In this document: positions 21,912 to 32,800 of the stretch, piece by piece
How the letters are laid out: each line of letters starts with the position of its first letter
How positions within the stretch are numbered: position 1 is the stretch's first letter
Origin: Nitrospirota bacterium
GTDB taxonomy: Bacteria > Nitrospirota > UBA9217
Length of the DNA: 64,000 nt
Assembly: GCA_963741205.1 (NCBI GenBank)
Contig: CAVUHW010000022.1
Span: 32,001-96,000 of the forward strand
Direction: 5' to 3'
The notes under the pieces: model-generated
What the model was told of the DNA's origin: nothing
The model's database searches: none
What the model saw: only the letters and a program-made list of their open reading frames with translations
Made by a program: the position numbers and the translations under genes

Positions 21912-22582
21912 AAAAATACTCATCGTCGAGGACGAACCGAAGCTCGCAACGGTCCTGGCAGACTATCTAAAAGCCGCAGGGTTTGAAACCGGTATTCTGG
22001 ACAACGGAACGGATGTCGTTCCCTGGATCAGGGACCGGAAACCCGAACTGGTCCTGCTGGATGTGATGCTGCCGGGACGAAGCGGCATGGAGGTTTGCAA
22101 GGATATCAGAACATTCTCCAGCGTTCCCATTATCATGGTTACCGCCAGGGTCGAGGAAATCGATCGTTTGCTCGGGCTTGAACTCGGGGCGGACGATTAC
22201 ATCTGCAAACCCTTCAGCCCGCGGGAAGTCGTTGCAAGGGTCAAGGCCGTCCTCCGGCGCACCCATCGACGGACGGACAATGCGGGCAGAAGGGCTCGTT
22301 CTTGATGAACAGCGCTACCAGGCGACCCTGGGCGGCCGTGACCTGGGACTCACGGCCGTTGAGTTCAAGCTCTTGCAGCTCCTGGTCGAGCATCCCGGGC
22401 GGATCTATGGACGTCAGCAAATCATGGAAAAAATCTACCCGGACGACAGGTTTGTCAGCGACCGCACGGTCGACAGCCATATTAAGAAGTTGCGGAGAAA
22501 AATCGAGGTTGTCGATCCCCGGACGACGCTTATTCAATCCGTGTACGGCGTCGGGTATAAATTCGAGCCCGAATCGGAGTAA
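21904..22582 (+). CDS. baeR: OmpR-family response regulator BaeR (frameshift near 22265)
   Basis: [55 protein letters not shown]. Confidence 0.92.
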
Positions 22583-22764
22583 CAGGCGCCGGCGCATCCC
22601 AGGTTTCATTTATTAAAAAAGAATACAACGTTGACAGTTGTGTCAGATCAGTGCTACCATGCCCAACGGATTTCTTCCTACTATTCTCAACGGACACAAT
22701 CATACATCAATTCCCAGGTGTAGATGGCTTACGAAACAGGGACAATCATTGTGAGGCCAAGACG

Positions 22765-24002
22765 ATGACGTTCTCAAAAGAAACGAGGGTCAATAACACC
22801 CAGGAGCGGACACGTTTCCGGGCACTGCTCAACCGTTGGTGGATAGGAGCGGCCATAGTCTGTCTCGCGGTTGCCGGGGTGTTCCTGTTCTTTGCCCTGG
22901 GCGGTCAAAAAGCCGCACGCGCCGCCCAGCAGGGGCCTGCGACTGCGCCGGGCTGTGCCGGTCGTGGCCGTTCCCGTGAAGAAGGACGATTTCAGCGTTT
23001 ATCTGTCCGGTCTCGGGACGGTCTCGCCGATGAACACCGTCACGGTAAAGTCCCGCGTCGACGGAGAGTTGACGAAGGTCCTTTTCCGGGAAGGCCAGGT
23101 CGTACGCAAAGGCGAACTCCTGGCCGAAATCGATTCGCGGCCCTTCGAGGTGCAGCTGAGCCAGGCACAGGGGGCCATGGCCCGCGATCAGGCTCTGCTC
23201 GACAATGCCAAAATCGACCTGGTGCGGTTCCAGGACCTGGTCAAGAAAGATCTGATCCCCCGCCAGCAGCTCGATACTCAGGAATCCCTGGTACGTCAGT
23301 ATGAAGGAGCGGTAAAGGCCGACCAGGGCCAGATCGACAACGCCAAACTGCAGCTGGTCTATGCGCGCATCATTGCGCCGATCGGCGGCCGCATCGGGTT
23401 GCGCCAGGTGGACCCGGGCAACATCGTTCATGCGAACGACGCAGGCGGGCTTGCGGTGATCACCCAGGTGCAGCCGATCTCGGTGATCTTTTCCCTCCCC
23501 GAAGACAATCTCTCGCAGATATTGGGCAAGCACAGGAGCGGAGTGCGGCTTACGGTCGAGGCGTACGACCGGGACCATAAGCAGAAACTCGCAACCGGCA
23601 CCCTTGTGACAATAGACAACCAGATCGACCCGAACACGGGCACGGTCAAGCTCAAGGCCGAATTCCCGAACAGGAACGATGAGCTCTTTCCGAACCAGTT
23701 CGTCAATGCCCGTCTCATCATCGAGGTCAAGCACGGTGCGCTCATCGTTCCGCCGTCGGCAATTCAACGGGGACCGCAAGGCACGTTCGTCTTCGTTGTG
23801 AAAGAAGACCAGACAGCGGCACTGCGCCCCGTCACCCTCGGTATCATCCAGGAAGGGAACGCGTCCATTACCTCAGGGCTGTCTGTCGGCGAGCTTGTGG
23901 TCGTGGACGGCGCGGATAGGCTCAGGGACGGCAGCAAGGTCGAGGTGAAGGGCAAAGCAGCAAGACAGCGGCGCCCCGGCTCCCCAAAGGCGGAGCAAAT
24001 GA
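22765..24002 (+). CDS. mdtA: RND periplasmic adaptor MdtA
   Basis: [54 protein letters not shown]. Confidence 0.92.
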
Positions 24003-27000
24003 ACATCTCCCGCATCTTCATCGAGAGGCCGGTGGCGACCACGCTCTTGATGATCGCTATTCTCCTTGCCGGGGCCGTGGCGTACAAGCAGCTGCCGGTC
24101 TCCGCGCTGCCGCAGGTCGATTACCCGACCATCCAGGTCCGCACCTTCTACCCCGGCGCAAGCCCCGATGTCATGGCCTCTTCGGTCACGGCGCCGCTCG
24201 AGCGCCAGTTCGGCCAGATGCCGGGCCTGACCCAGATGACCTCGGCAAGTTCCGGAGGCAGTTCCATCATCACGCTGCAGTTCAGCCTGGACCTCTCGCT
24301 CGACGTTGCCGAGCAGGAAGTCCAGGCCGCCATCAACGCGTCTTTTACCTTCCTGCCGAGGGACCTCCCGACCCCGCCGGTCTACAGCAAGGTAAACCCC
24401 GCGGACGCGCCGATCCTGACCCTGGCGCTGACCTCGAATACGCTGACCCTGCCGCAGGTTGAAGACATGGCGGACACGAGGTTCGCGCAGAAAATCTCCC
24501 AGCTGCCCGGCGTCGGCCTCGTGAGCCTCTCCGGCGGCCAGCGTCCCGCGGTCCGTATTCACGCCAATCCCACGGCCCTGGCAGCCTACGGCCTGACTCT
24601 TGAAGACGTGCGCATTGCCATCACTGCCGCGAACGTCAACCAGGCGAAGGGCGGCTTCGACGGCCCGCGCCAGGCCTATATCATCGGGGCGAACGACCAG
24701 CTCTTTTCGAGCAAGGATTACCGGCCGCTCATCATCGCCTATCGCAACAACGCGCCCATACACCTGTCCGACGTCGCAGATGTAATAGACGATGCCGAGA
24801 ATGTGAACCAGGCCGCCTGGATCAATGATTCCCCTGCCGTGATCGTCAACATCCAGCGCCAGCCGGGCGCCAACGTCATCGAGGTCGTTGACCGGATCAA
24901 AAAGCTCCTGCCGCAGCTCCAGAACGCATTGCCCTCGGCCATCAAGGTCACGGTCCTGACCGACCGCACGACAACGATCCGCGCCTCGGTGAGGGACGTG
25001 CAGTACGAGCTCCTGCTCGTCCGTAGTGCTCGTCGTTCTCGTTATTTACCTTTTCCTGCGCAACCTTCCGGCGACGACCATCCCGAGCGTCGCCGTTCCG
25101 CTCTCCCTCGTGGGGACCTTCGGCGTGATGTATCTGCTGGGCTTCAGCCTGAACAACCTATCGCTCATGGCATTAACGATCTCGACGGGTTTTGTTGTCG
25201 ACGACGCCATCGTGATGATCGAAAACATCGCCCGCTACGTCGAAGAAGGGGAAACGCCGATGGAGGCGGCGCTCAAGGGGGCGAAGCAGATCGGCTTCAC
25301 GATCCTCTCGCTGACGGTCTCGCTCATCGCCGTGCTGATTCCGCTTCTCTTCATGGGCGACGTGGTCGGCCGTCTCTTCCGGGAGTTTGCCATCACCCTG
25401 GGCGTCACGATCCTGATTTCGGCGGTCGTTTCGCTTACGCTCACGCCCATGATGTGCGCGCGGATCCTGAAGCACGTTCCCGAGGAAAAACAGGGAAAGT
25501 TCTACCATGCGTCCCAGCTCTATTTCGACCGGATCATCGCGGCCTACGGGAGGACGCTGCAATGGGTGCTCAAGCGCCAGACCGCGACGCTCATCGTTGC
25601 CGTGAGTACCCTGGTCCTGACCGTGCTGCTGTATATCGTCGTCCCGAAGGGCTTTTTCCCGGTCCAGGACGCGGGCGCGATCCAGGGGACGTCAGAGGCG
25701 CCGCAGTCGATCTCCTTCGCCGCCATGGCCGAGAGGCAGCAGGCCCTTGCCAGGGTGATCCTCAAGGACCCGGCAGTCGAAAGCCTCTCCTCCTTCATCG
25801 GCGTGGACGGGACCAATACTACGTTAAACAGCGGCAGGGTCCTGATCAACCTGAAGCCCTTGGACAAGCGCGATGCAAGCACGGTCGAGGTCATCAGGCG
25901 CCTCCAGCCGGAGCTGGCCAAGGTGGACGGCATCACGCTCTACATGCAGCCGGTGCAGGACCTCACCGTGGACGCGAAGGTGAGCCGCACCCAGTTCCAG
26001 TACACGCTCGACGATCCCAATACCGATGAGTTGAACATCGCTGGCGCCGAAGGTGATCGACGAGCTGCGCACCCGTCCGGAACTGCGCGATGTGAGCAGC
26101 GACCAGCAGGACAAGGGGCTCAGGGTCGCGCTTGCGATCGATCGGGGCACCGCCGCCCGGCTCGGGATAACGCCGCAGAATATCGACGACACGCTGTACG
26201 ATGCATTCGGGCAGCGACAGGTGTCCACGATCTTCACCGAGCTGAACCAGTACCGCGTCGTGCTCGCGGTCAAGCCCGATTTTCAACAGGGGCCCGAGTG
26301 CGCTCCAATCGGTCTATTTGCGCGGAACGAGCGGCGGACCCGTGCCGCTCGCCTCGATCACGCAGGCATCGGAAACAACGGGGCCTCTCGTCATAAACCG
26401 GCAGGGCCAGTTCCCCGCGGTGACCTTGTCGTTCAATCTTGCGCCGCGCGTATCCCTCGGCGAGGCAGTGGACGCGATCGAGAACACGGCGCGCCACCTG
26501 AATCTCCCTCCGAGCATCAGGGGAAGCTTCCAGGGAACGGCCCAGGCTTTCAAGTCCTCGCTCACGAATGAACCGCTTTTGATCCTGGCCGCGCTCATAA
26601 CGGTCTATATCGTGCTCGGCGTATTGTACGAAAGCTACATTCACCCCGTCACGATCCTTTCCACGCTCCCCTCCGCAGGGGTCGGCGCCGTGCTTTCGTT
26701 GATGCTTTTCGGTACGGAGCTCTCCGTGATCGCGATTATCGGCATCATCCTTTTGATCGGCATCGTGCAGAAGAACGGCATCATGATGATCGACTTCGCG
26801 CTCGACCTCGAGCGCAAGGAAGGAAAGAATCCCGAAGAGGCGATCTACCAGGCCTGCCTGTTGCGGTTCCGGCCGATCATGATGACGACCATGGCGGCGA
26901 TGCTGGGAGCTTTGCCCCTGGCGCTGGGGCACGGGGTAGGGTCGGAACTCCGCCGTCCGCTCGGCATCTCGATCGTGGGCGGACTCGTGATCAGCCAGAT

Positions 27001-27085
27001 CCTCACCCTCTACACGACGCCGGTCGTTTATCTCTGGTTCGACCGGCTCGCGCGAAGGGTGAAAGAAGGCCGTTCCGGAAGTTAG
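23999..27085 (+). CDS. mdtB: RND transporter MdtB (frameshifts near 25020, 26040 and 26300)
   Basis: [54 protein letters not shown]. Confidence 0.95.
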
Positions 27086-27123
27086 TTGCTAAAGAACATC
27101 CAGGAACAAGGAAAAAAATATTT

Positions 27124-27224
27124 ACCGCGAAGGCGCAAAGGACGCGAAGGACTTCAAAAACACAAAAAGAATTTTGTTTTTTAATGCCTCCAAGATTTCC
27201 TCGCGACCTTTGCGCCCTCGCGGT
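27124..27224. repeat. REP-like intergenic inverted repeat
   Basis: accgcgaaggcgcaaaggacgcgaagga ... ttcctcgcgacctttgcgccctcgcggt with an AT-rich loop. Confidence 0.7.
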
Positions 27225-27267
27225 TCCAGGGTTTTAGTTCAGACTTGTCCGGGTTAGAGTCTTCACC

Positions 27268-30200
27268 ATGAACATCTCAGCCACCTTCATCAAGCGGCCG
27301 GTCGCGACCACGCTCCTTACCGCGGGGATCGTGCTCTCCGGCGTGCTGGCCTTCCGGCTTTTGCCCGTGTCGCCGCTGCCGCAGGTGGATTTCCCGACGA
27401 TCTCGGTGCAGGCGGCGCTTCCCGGCGCGGACCCCGAGACCATGGCCACCTCGGTCACGGCGCCCCTGGAACGCCAGTTCGGCCGGATCGCGGGGGTCGC
27501 GGAAATGACGTCGACGAGCTTTCGCGGCTCGACGAGCATTACCCTGCAGTTCGACCTGAACCGAGATATCAACGGCGCCGCGCGCGATGTGCAGGCCGCT
27601 ATCAATGCCGCCCGGGGGTTCCTGCCTGCGAACCTTCCGGCGAATCCTACCTACCGCAAGGTCAATCCCTCGGACGCGCCCATACTCATCCTTGCCCTCA
27701 CCTCTGATACCAAGACCACGGCCCAGATGTACGACGCGGCCTCTTCCATCCTGCAGCAGAAGCTCTCCCAGGTGGAGGGCGTGGGACAGGTGTTCGTGGG
27801 AGGGAGTTCCCTTCCGGCGGTACGCATCGATTTAAAACCCCTGGCGCTTTCGAAATACGGCATCAGCCTGGAAAACGTGCGCGGTGTGCTGGCAAGCACG
27901 AATGTAAACAGGCCCAAGGGGCAGTTGGCGTTCGGCGACAAAACGTGGGAGATTCAAACGAACGACCAGATGAGAACAGCCGCGGAGTATTTGCCCCTCG
28001 TCATTGCGTACCGGTCCGGGGCCGCGGTGCGGCTTGGGGATGTGGCTGACGTGCAGGATTCGGTGGAGGACCTGCGCGCCGCGGGGTTCGTGAACGGAAA
28101 GCCGGCGGTCATGGTCATCGTGTTCCGCCAGCCGGGCGCAAACATTATCGAGACCGTGGACAACGTGCGAGCGCTTCTTCCGCAGCTCGAAGCGGCCTTG
28201 CCCGGCGCCGTTTCCCTCTCGATCGTCCTCGACCGAAGCCCGTCGATCCGCGGGTCGCTGCGGGACGTCGAGTTGACGCTTCTGGCCTCGGGCGCGCTCG
28301 TGATCCTCGTGGTGTTCTGGTTCCTGCGGAACGTGCGCGCAACGATCATTCCCGCGGTCGCGGTCGCGGTGTCCATCATCGGCACCTTCGGGGTGATGTA
28401 CCTCTGCGGCTACTCGCTCGACAACCTCTCTCTTATGGCGCTTACGATCGCCACGGGGTTCGTGGTCGACGACGCGATCGTCGTCCTCGAAAACGTCACC
28501 CGCTACCGGGAAAAAGGGGAAGCTTCCCTGCCGGCCGCATTGTCCGGGACCAGGGAGATCGCCTTCACGGTCCTGTCCATGAGCGCCTCGCTCGTTGCCG
28601 TGTTCATCCCGATACTCCTCATGGGCGGCATGGTGGGCAGGCTCTTTCGTGAATTCGCGGTGACGCTTTCGGCTGCGATCATGGTCTCGCTCCTCGTATC
28701 GCTCACCACGACGCCTATGATGTGCGCCACGATCCTGAAGCCTGAAAAGCAGGGCGCTCACAACTTCCTGTTCCGCGCAAGCGAACGGTCGTTCAATTGG
28801 ATGCATGGTCACTACGAACGAAGCCTTCGCTGGGCGCTCGAGTCACTCCCGGATCATGCTGGCCGTCATCGTGATAACGATCGTGACCAACGGGTTCCTT
28901 TTTTACCACGTGCCCAAGGGGTTCTTCCCGGAGCAGGACACGGGCAGGATCGGAGGAAGCATCCAGGCGGCGCAGGATACCTCTTTTCAGGCAATGCAGG
29001 GGAAGCTGCTGGACATTGTTGATATTATCAAGACCGACCCCGATGTGGACTATGTAACCGGCTTTACCGGCGGCGGAGGTGGCGGCGGGTCAACGACCAA
29101 CACAGGTCGCATGTTCATTTCGCTCAAGTCCTTTGCGACGCGAACGGCAACTGCCGGACAGATCATCGGGCGCTTGCGCAAGAAGCTGGTCAGCGTGCCC
29201 GGGGCGTTCACCGGTCTGCAGCCGGTACAGGACCTGCGCGTCGGCGGCAGGATCGGCAACGCGCTCTATCAGTTCACGCTCCAGGGGGAAAATCTTACCG
29301 AGCTGAACGAATGGGGCCAGCGCGTGCTGCAGAAGATGAGAACAATACCGCAGGTGGTCGACGTGAGCAGCGATCTGCAGAACAAGGGGCTGCAGGCCAC
29401 GCTCATGATCGACCGGGCTACCGCGTCGCGGCTCGGCATAACGCCGCAGGTCATCGACAATACGTTATACGACGCGTTCGGCCAGCGCCAGGTTTCGATC
29501 AATTATACGCTCTTGAACCAGTACCACGTGGTTATGGAGGTAGAGCCGCGGTTCTGGCAGCGGCCCGATGCGCTCAAAAACATCTACGTTCCTTCCTCCA
29601 CCGGTCCCTTTGTTCCCTTGAGCGCTTTCACGCATTATGAACCGACAGCAACGTCCCTTGCGGTGAACCACCAGAGTCAATTTCCTTCAGTCACGACGTT
29701 CTTCAACCTGGCGCCCAACGTAGCGCTCGGCGACGCAGTCAAGGCGATCGAAGAGGCCACGCGCCAGATGGGCATGCCGCCCAGCATCAGGAGGACCTTC
29801 GCGGGCACTGCCCAGGCATTCAAGGACTCTTTGGCCAATGTGACGCTTTTGATCCTTGCCGCGCTCATAACGGTCTACATCGTGCTCGGCGTGCTGTACG
29901 AAAGCTATATCCACCCGATCACGATCCTTTCGACACTGCCTTCCGCCGGCGTGGGCGCGGTGCTCGCCATGATGATCTTCGGCATCGACCTCAGCGTGAT
30001 CGCCATCATCGGCATAATGCTTTTGATAGGCATTGTGAAGAAGAACGGCATCCTGATGGTCGATTTCGCGATCGAGGCGGAGCGTAAAGAAGGGAAGAGC
30101 CCGGAGGAGGCGATCTTCCAGGCCTGCCTCCTCCGGTTCCGGCCGATCATGATGACGACTATGGCCGCTCTTTTGGGCGCCTTGCCGCTGGCAATCGGCC

Positions 30201-30427
30201 GCGGGGTGGGGGCCGAGCTCCGCCGTCCCCTCGGGATCGCCATTGTGGGCGGACTGATCTTCAGCCAGATGATGACGCTCTATACGACGCCCGTGGTGTA
30301 TCTTTACCTCGACCGGTTCAGGATCTGGCTTGAAGGCGTGCGGGGACAACGGAAGGCGCGGAGAAGTCCTGTATCGGCAAATGAATTGACGATAGAAGAG
30401 GCTCGCAGAAGAGGAAGGCAATCATGA
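27268..30427 (+). CDS. mdtC: RND transporter MdtC (frameshift near 28845)
   Basis: [44 protein letters not shown]. Confidence 0.95.
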
Positions 30428-31440
30428 AAAGAGTACTGCTCCTGTTTTGTTGCGTCGTTCTCGGGGTAAACGCCTTTGCAGCCGAACCCGGCTATCATGT
30501 CATGAAAAAAATACACCTGGGCGGCGAAGGCGGCTGGGATTATGTCACCGTGGACAGCGTTGCGCGTCGATTGTACGTATCGCGAAGCACCCATGTGATG
30601 GTGGTCGACATCGACACCGATAAACTTGTAGGCGACATCCCGGACACGCCGGGCGTTCATGGAATCGCCCTTGCGCCGGAGCTCTCCCGCGGGTTTATCA
30701 GCAACGGGAAAGCGGATACGGCCACTATTTTCGATTTGAATACGCTGAAGGTCCTTGGGCGGGTGAAAACGGGAAACAACCCGGATGCGATCCTTTATGA
30801 CCCCGTTTCGAAACGGGTATTCACGTTCAATGGCCGCAGTCATGATGCAACCGTGTTCGACGCCGTGTCCGCCGCGGTCCTCGGAAGCATCGCTCTCGGC
30901 GGCAAGCCGGAATTTGCCGTTACCGACGGCAAGGGCAAGGTCTATGTGAATATCGAAGATACGAGCGAGGTCGTCGAAATCGACAGTCAGAAGCTCACGG
31001 TAATAAAGCGGTCTTCGCTCAAGCCCTGCAGAGAGCCCACGGGTATGGCCATTGATGCGGAGCATCACCGCGTCTACAGCGGCTGCCACAGTAAGGTCAT
31101 GGCTGTTCTGGACACCGAAACAGGCAAAGCAATCGCCTTCGTTCCGATCGGAGAAGGAGTCGATGGAAACGGGTACGATCCGGGGACGGGCCTGGTGTTT
31201 AGTTCCAATGGAGACGGAACTCTTACCGTGGCGCGGGAAGTATCTCCCGGCAGGTTCGAGGTGGTCGAAACAGTCGTCACTGAGCGCGGGTCCCGCACCA
31301 TGGCCCTCGACCCCAGGACCCACAACATATATTTGCCGGCGGCGCTCTTTGCGCCTTCCCCGTCGGCAACACCGGAAGCGCCAAAGCCGCGGCCAATCAT
31401 GATCAAGGACAGCTTTACGATCCTGGTGGTCGGGAGATAG
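30424..31440 (+). CDS. YncE/YVTN beta-propeller periplasmic protein
   Basis: GGEGGWDY, GVHGIA, NPDAILYDP, GKPEFAV, RTMALD. Confidence 0.88.
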   Translation: MKRVLLLFCCVVLGVNAFAAEPGYHVMKKIHLGGEGGWDYVTVDSVARRLYVSRSTHVMVVDIDTDKLVGDIPDTPGVHGIALAPELSRGFISNGKADTATIFDLNTLKVLGRVKTGNNPDAILYDPVSKRVFTFNGRSHDATVFDAVSAAVLGSIALGGKPEFAVTDGKGKVYVNIEDTSEVVEIDSQKLTVIKRSSLKPCREPTGMAIDAEHHRVYSGCHSKVMAVLDTETGKAIAFVPIGEGVDGNGYDPGTGLVFSSNGDGTLTVAREVSPGRFEVVETVVTERGSRTMALDPRTHNIYLPAALFAPSPSATPEAPKPRPIMIKDSFTILVVGR

Positions 31441-31629
31441 AGCGACGTCGAAGAGAACCGCACTTTTTGATGTGAATTGCACCTTCTGACGGAAGCCATT
31501 ATTGCATAGTACATCCTATACTCTTTGTGGTAGCCATTCTTATAAACTCATAAAGTTTCATGCAGAATTTGTTAGAGTTATTTATTCAAAGAACATAAGA
31601 CGTGACATCTCGGCAGGAACAATAATAAT

Positions 31630-31947
31630 ATGGAGGATCAAATGAAAGAACGAATGTTTGCAACAGTGAGGCGGTATGAAGGAGTTCCTAACCCAGCGGT
31701 GGCTGCCGAGCAAGTAGAGAAGAAATTCGTGCCGTTTATCTCCTCGCTGCCTGGCTTCATCGAATATTATTGGATAGACCTGAATGGTGGTGCTATGTTG
31801 TCTGTGACGGTATTTAGAACTCTACCAGAAGCCATCGCGGCAAACGAAAAGGCGGGTCTTTGGGTGAAGAACAATTTGAGTTCAGTTCTTCCATCTGCAG
31901 TCCGAATGGAAGCCGGGGCAATAGTCGCATATAAGGGAATCTCTTAA
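31630..31947 (+). CDS. Antibiotic-biosynthesis-monooxygenase-like (dimeric alpha/beta barrel) protein
   Basis: MFATVRRY...FVPFISSLPGFIEYYW...SVTVF. Confidence 0.7.
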   Translation: MEDQMKERMFATVRRYEGVPNPAVAAEQVEKKFVPFISSLPGFIEYYWIDLNGGAMLSVTVFRTLPEAIAANEKAGLWVKNNLSSVLPSAVRMEAGAIVAYKGIS

Positions 31948-32151
31948 GGGTGCATTGAATCGCTGTTGAACCATGTTTGAAAAATCTACATCCTATACTC
32001 CTGCTGTCAAGTGACGATTTTGTCAAATTGTAAGTTACCCATTTCTTTCGAGTTTGGGGCGCTATCGTTTTGCTTCTTTTGGGACGTCGTTTCTATCGTT
32101 GCTTTGCCGCAGAGGGTCCCCGGGGCGCTTAAGCGCTAAAAGGAGGAAGTT

Positions 32152-32631
32152 ATGATTAAGAAAATCTTGGTTTGCACCGCACTTGTCACGATGGCAATGG
32201 TCAATCCCGTCAGGGCACAGCAATCTCCACCAACGTCCGAGCAGGCGAAGCGGATCGAAGCGATGGTCAACAAGGCTGCAGCGCTGGTAGAAACTCAGGG
32301 AAAGGCGGCCTTCTCTGAGTTTAGAAAGCGCGACAGCGAATGGTGGTTCGGGAACACGTATCTATTCGTCTACGATAAAGACATGAATGTGTTACTCAAC
32401 CCCGCTTTCCCGAAGCGGGAGGGAACGAATGTCCATGGCGATAAAGATGCCAACGGCAAGCTGTTTCATGACGAGTTCATGAAAGTAATTCGATCCAAGG
32501 AGGCGGGCTGGGTTGATTACATGTTCCCTAAGCCCGGGCAGACGCAACCGTCTCAGAAGTGGAGCTATGTGAAGGCGGTGAGGATAGAGGGAGGCCAGGG
32601 GCTGATCGGTGCGGGTTTTTATCCCGAATAA
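32152..32631 (+). CDS. Stand-alone periplasmic single-Cache domain protein
   Basis: Signal peptide; YLFVYD, DANGK, GWVDYMFPKPG..K.SYV, GAGFY; no TM or output domain. Confidence 0.88.
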   Translation: MIKKILVCTALVTMAMVNPVRAQQSPPTSEQAKRIEAMVNKAAALVETQGKAAFSEFRKRDSEWWFGNTYLFVYDKDMNVLLNPAFPKREGTNVHGDKDANGKLFHDEFMKVIRSKEAGWVDYMFPKPGQTQPSQKWSYVKAVRIEGGQGLIGAGFYPE

Positions 32632-32800
32632 CACTGGCCGGTCAGTTTCTCGCACCGCGCTTAACCATCTGCCGCGCAGTGCGGAGGTAATAACGCCGGT
32701 TCGGACAGGCTTCCCGTCTTCTTCGGGCCGCTAACCAAGGGAGAAAGGTGAGCTTCTGAGCTATACTCTATGCTAACCTCTAACGTGAAAGGAGAGAATA

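Noticed and set aside
22871-26029. Apparent 1052-aa MdtA-MdtB fusion
   Set aside because: The junction has the usual overlapping aaATGA stop/start at 23999-24002; one indel explains the read-through.
23999-30427. Near-identical DNA stretches between 24-27 kb and 27-30 kb
   Set aside because: Expected paralogy of mdtB and mdtC.
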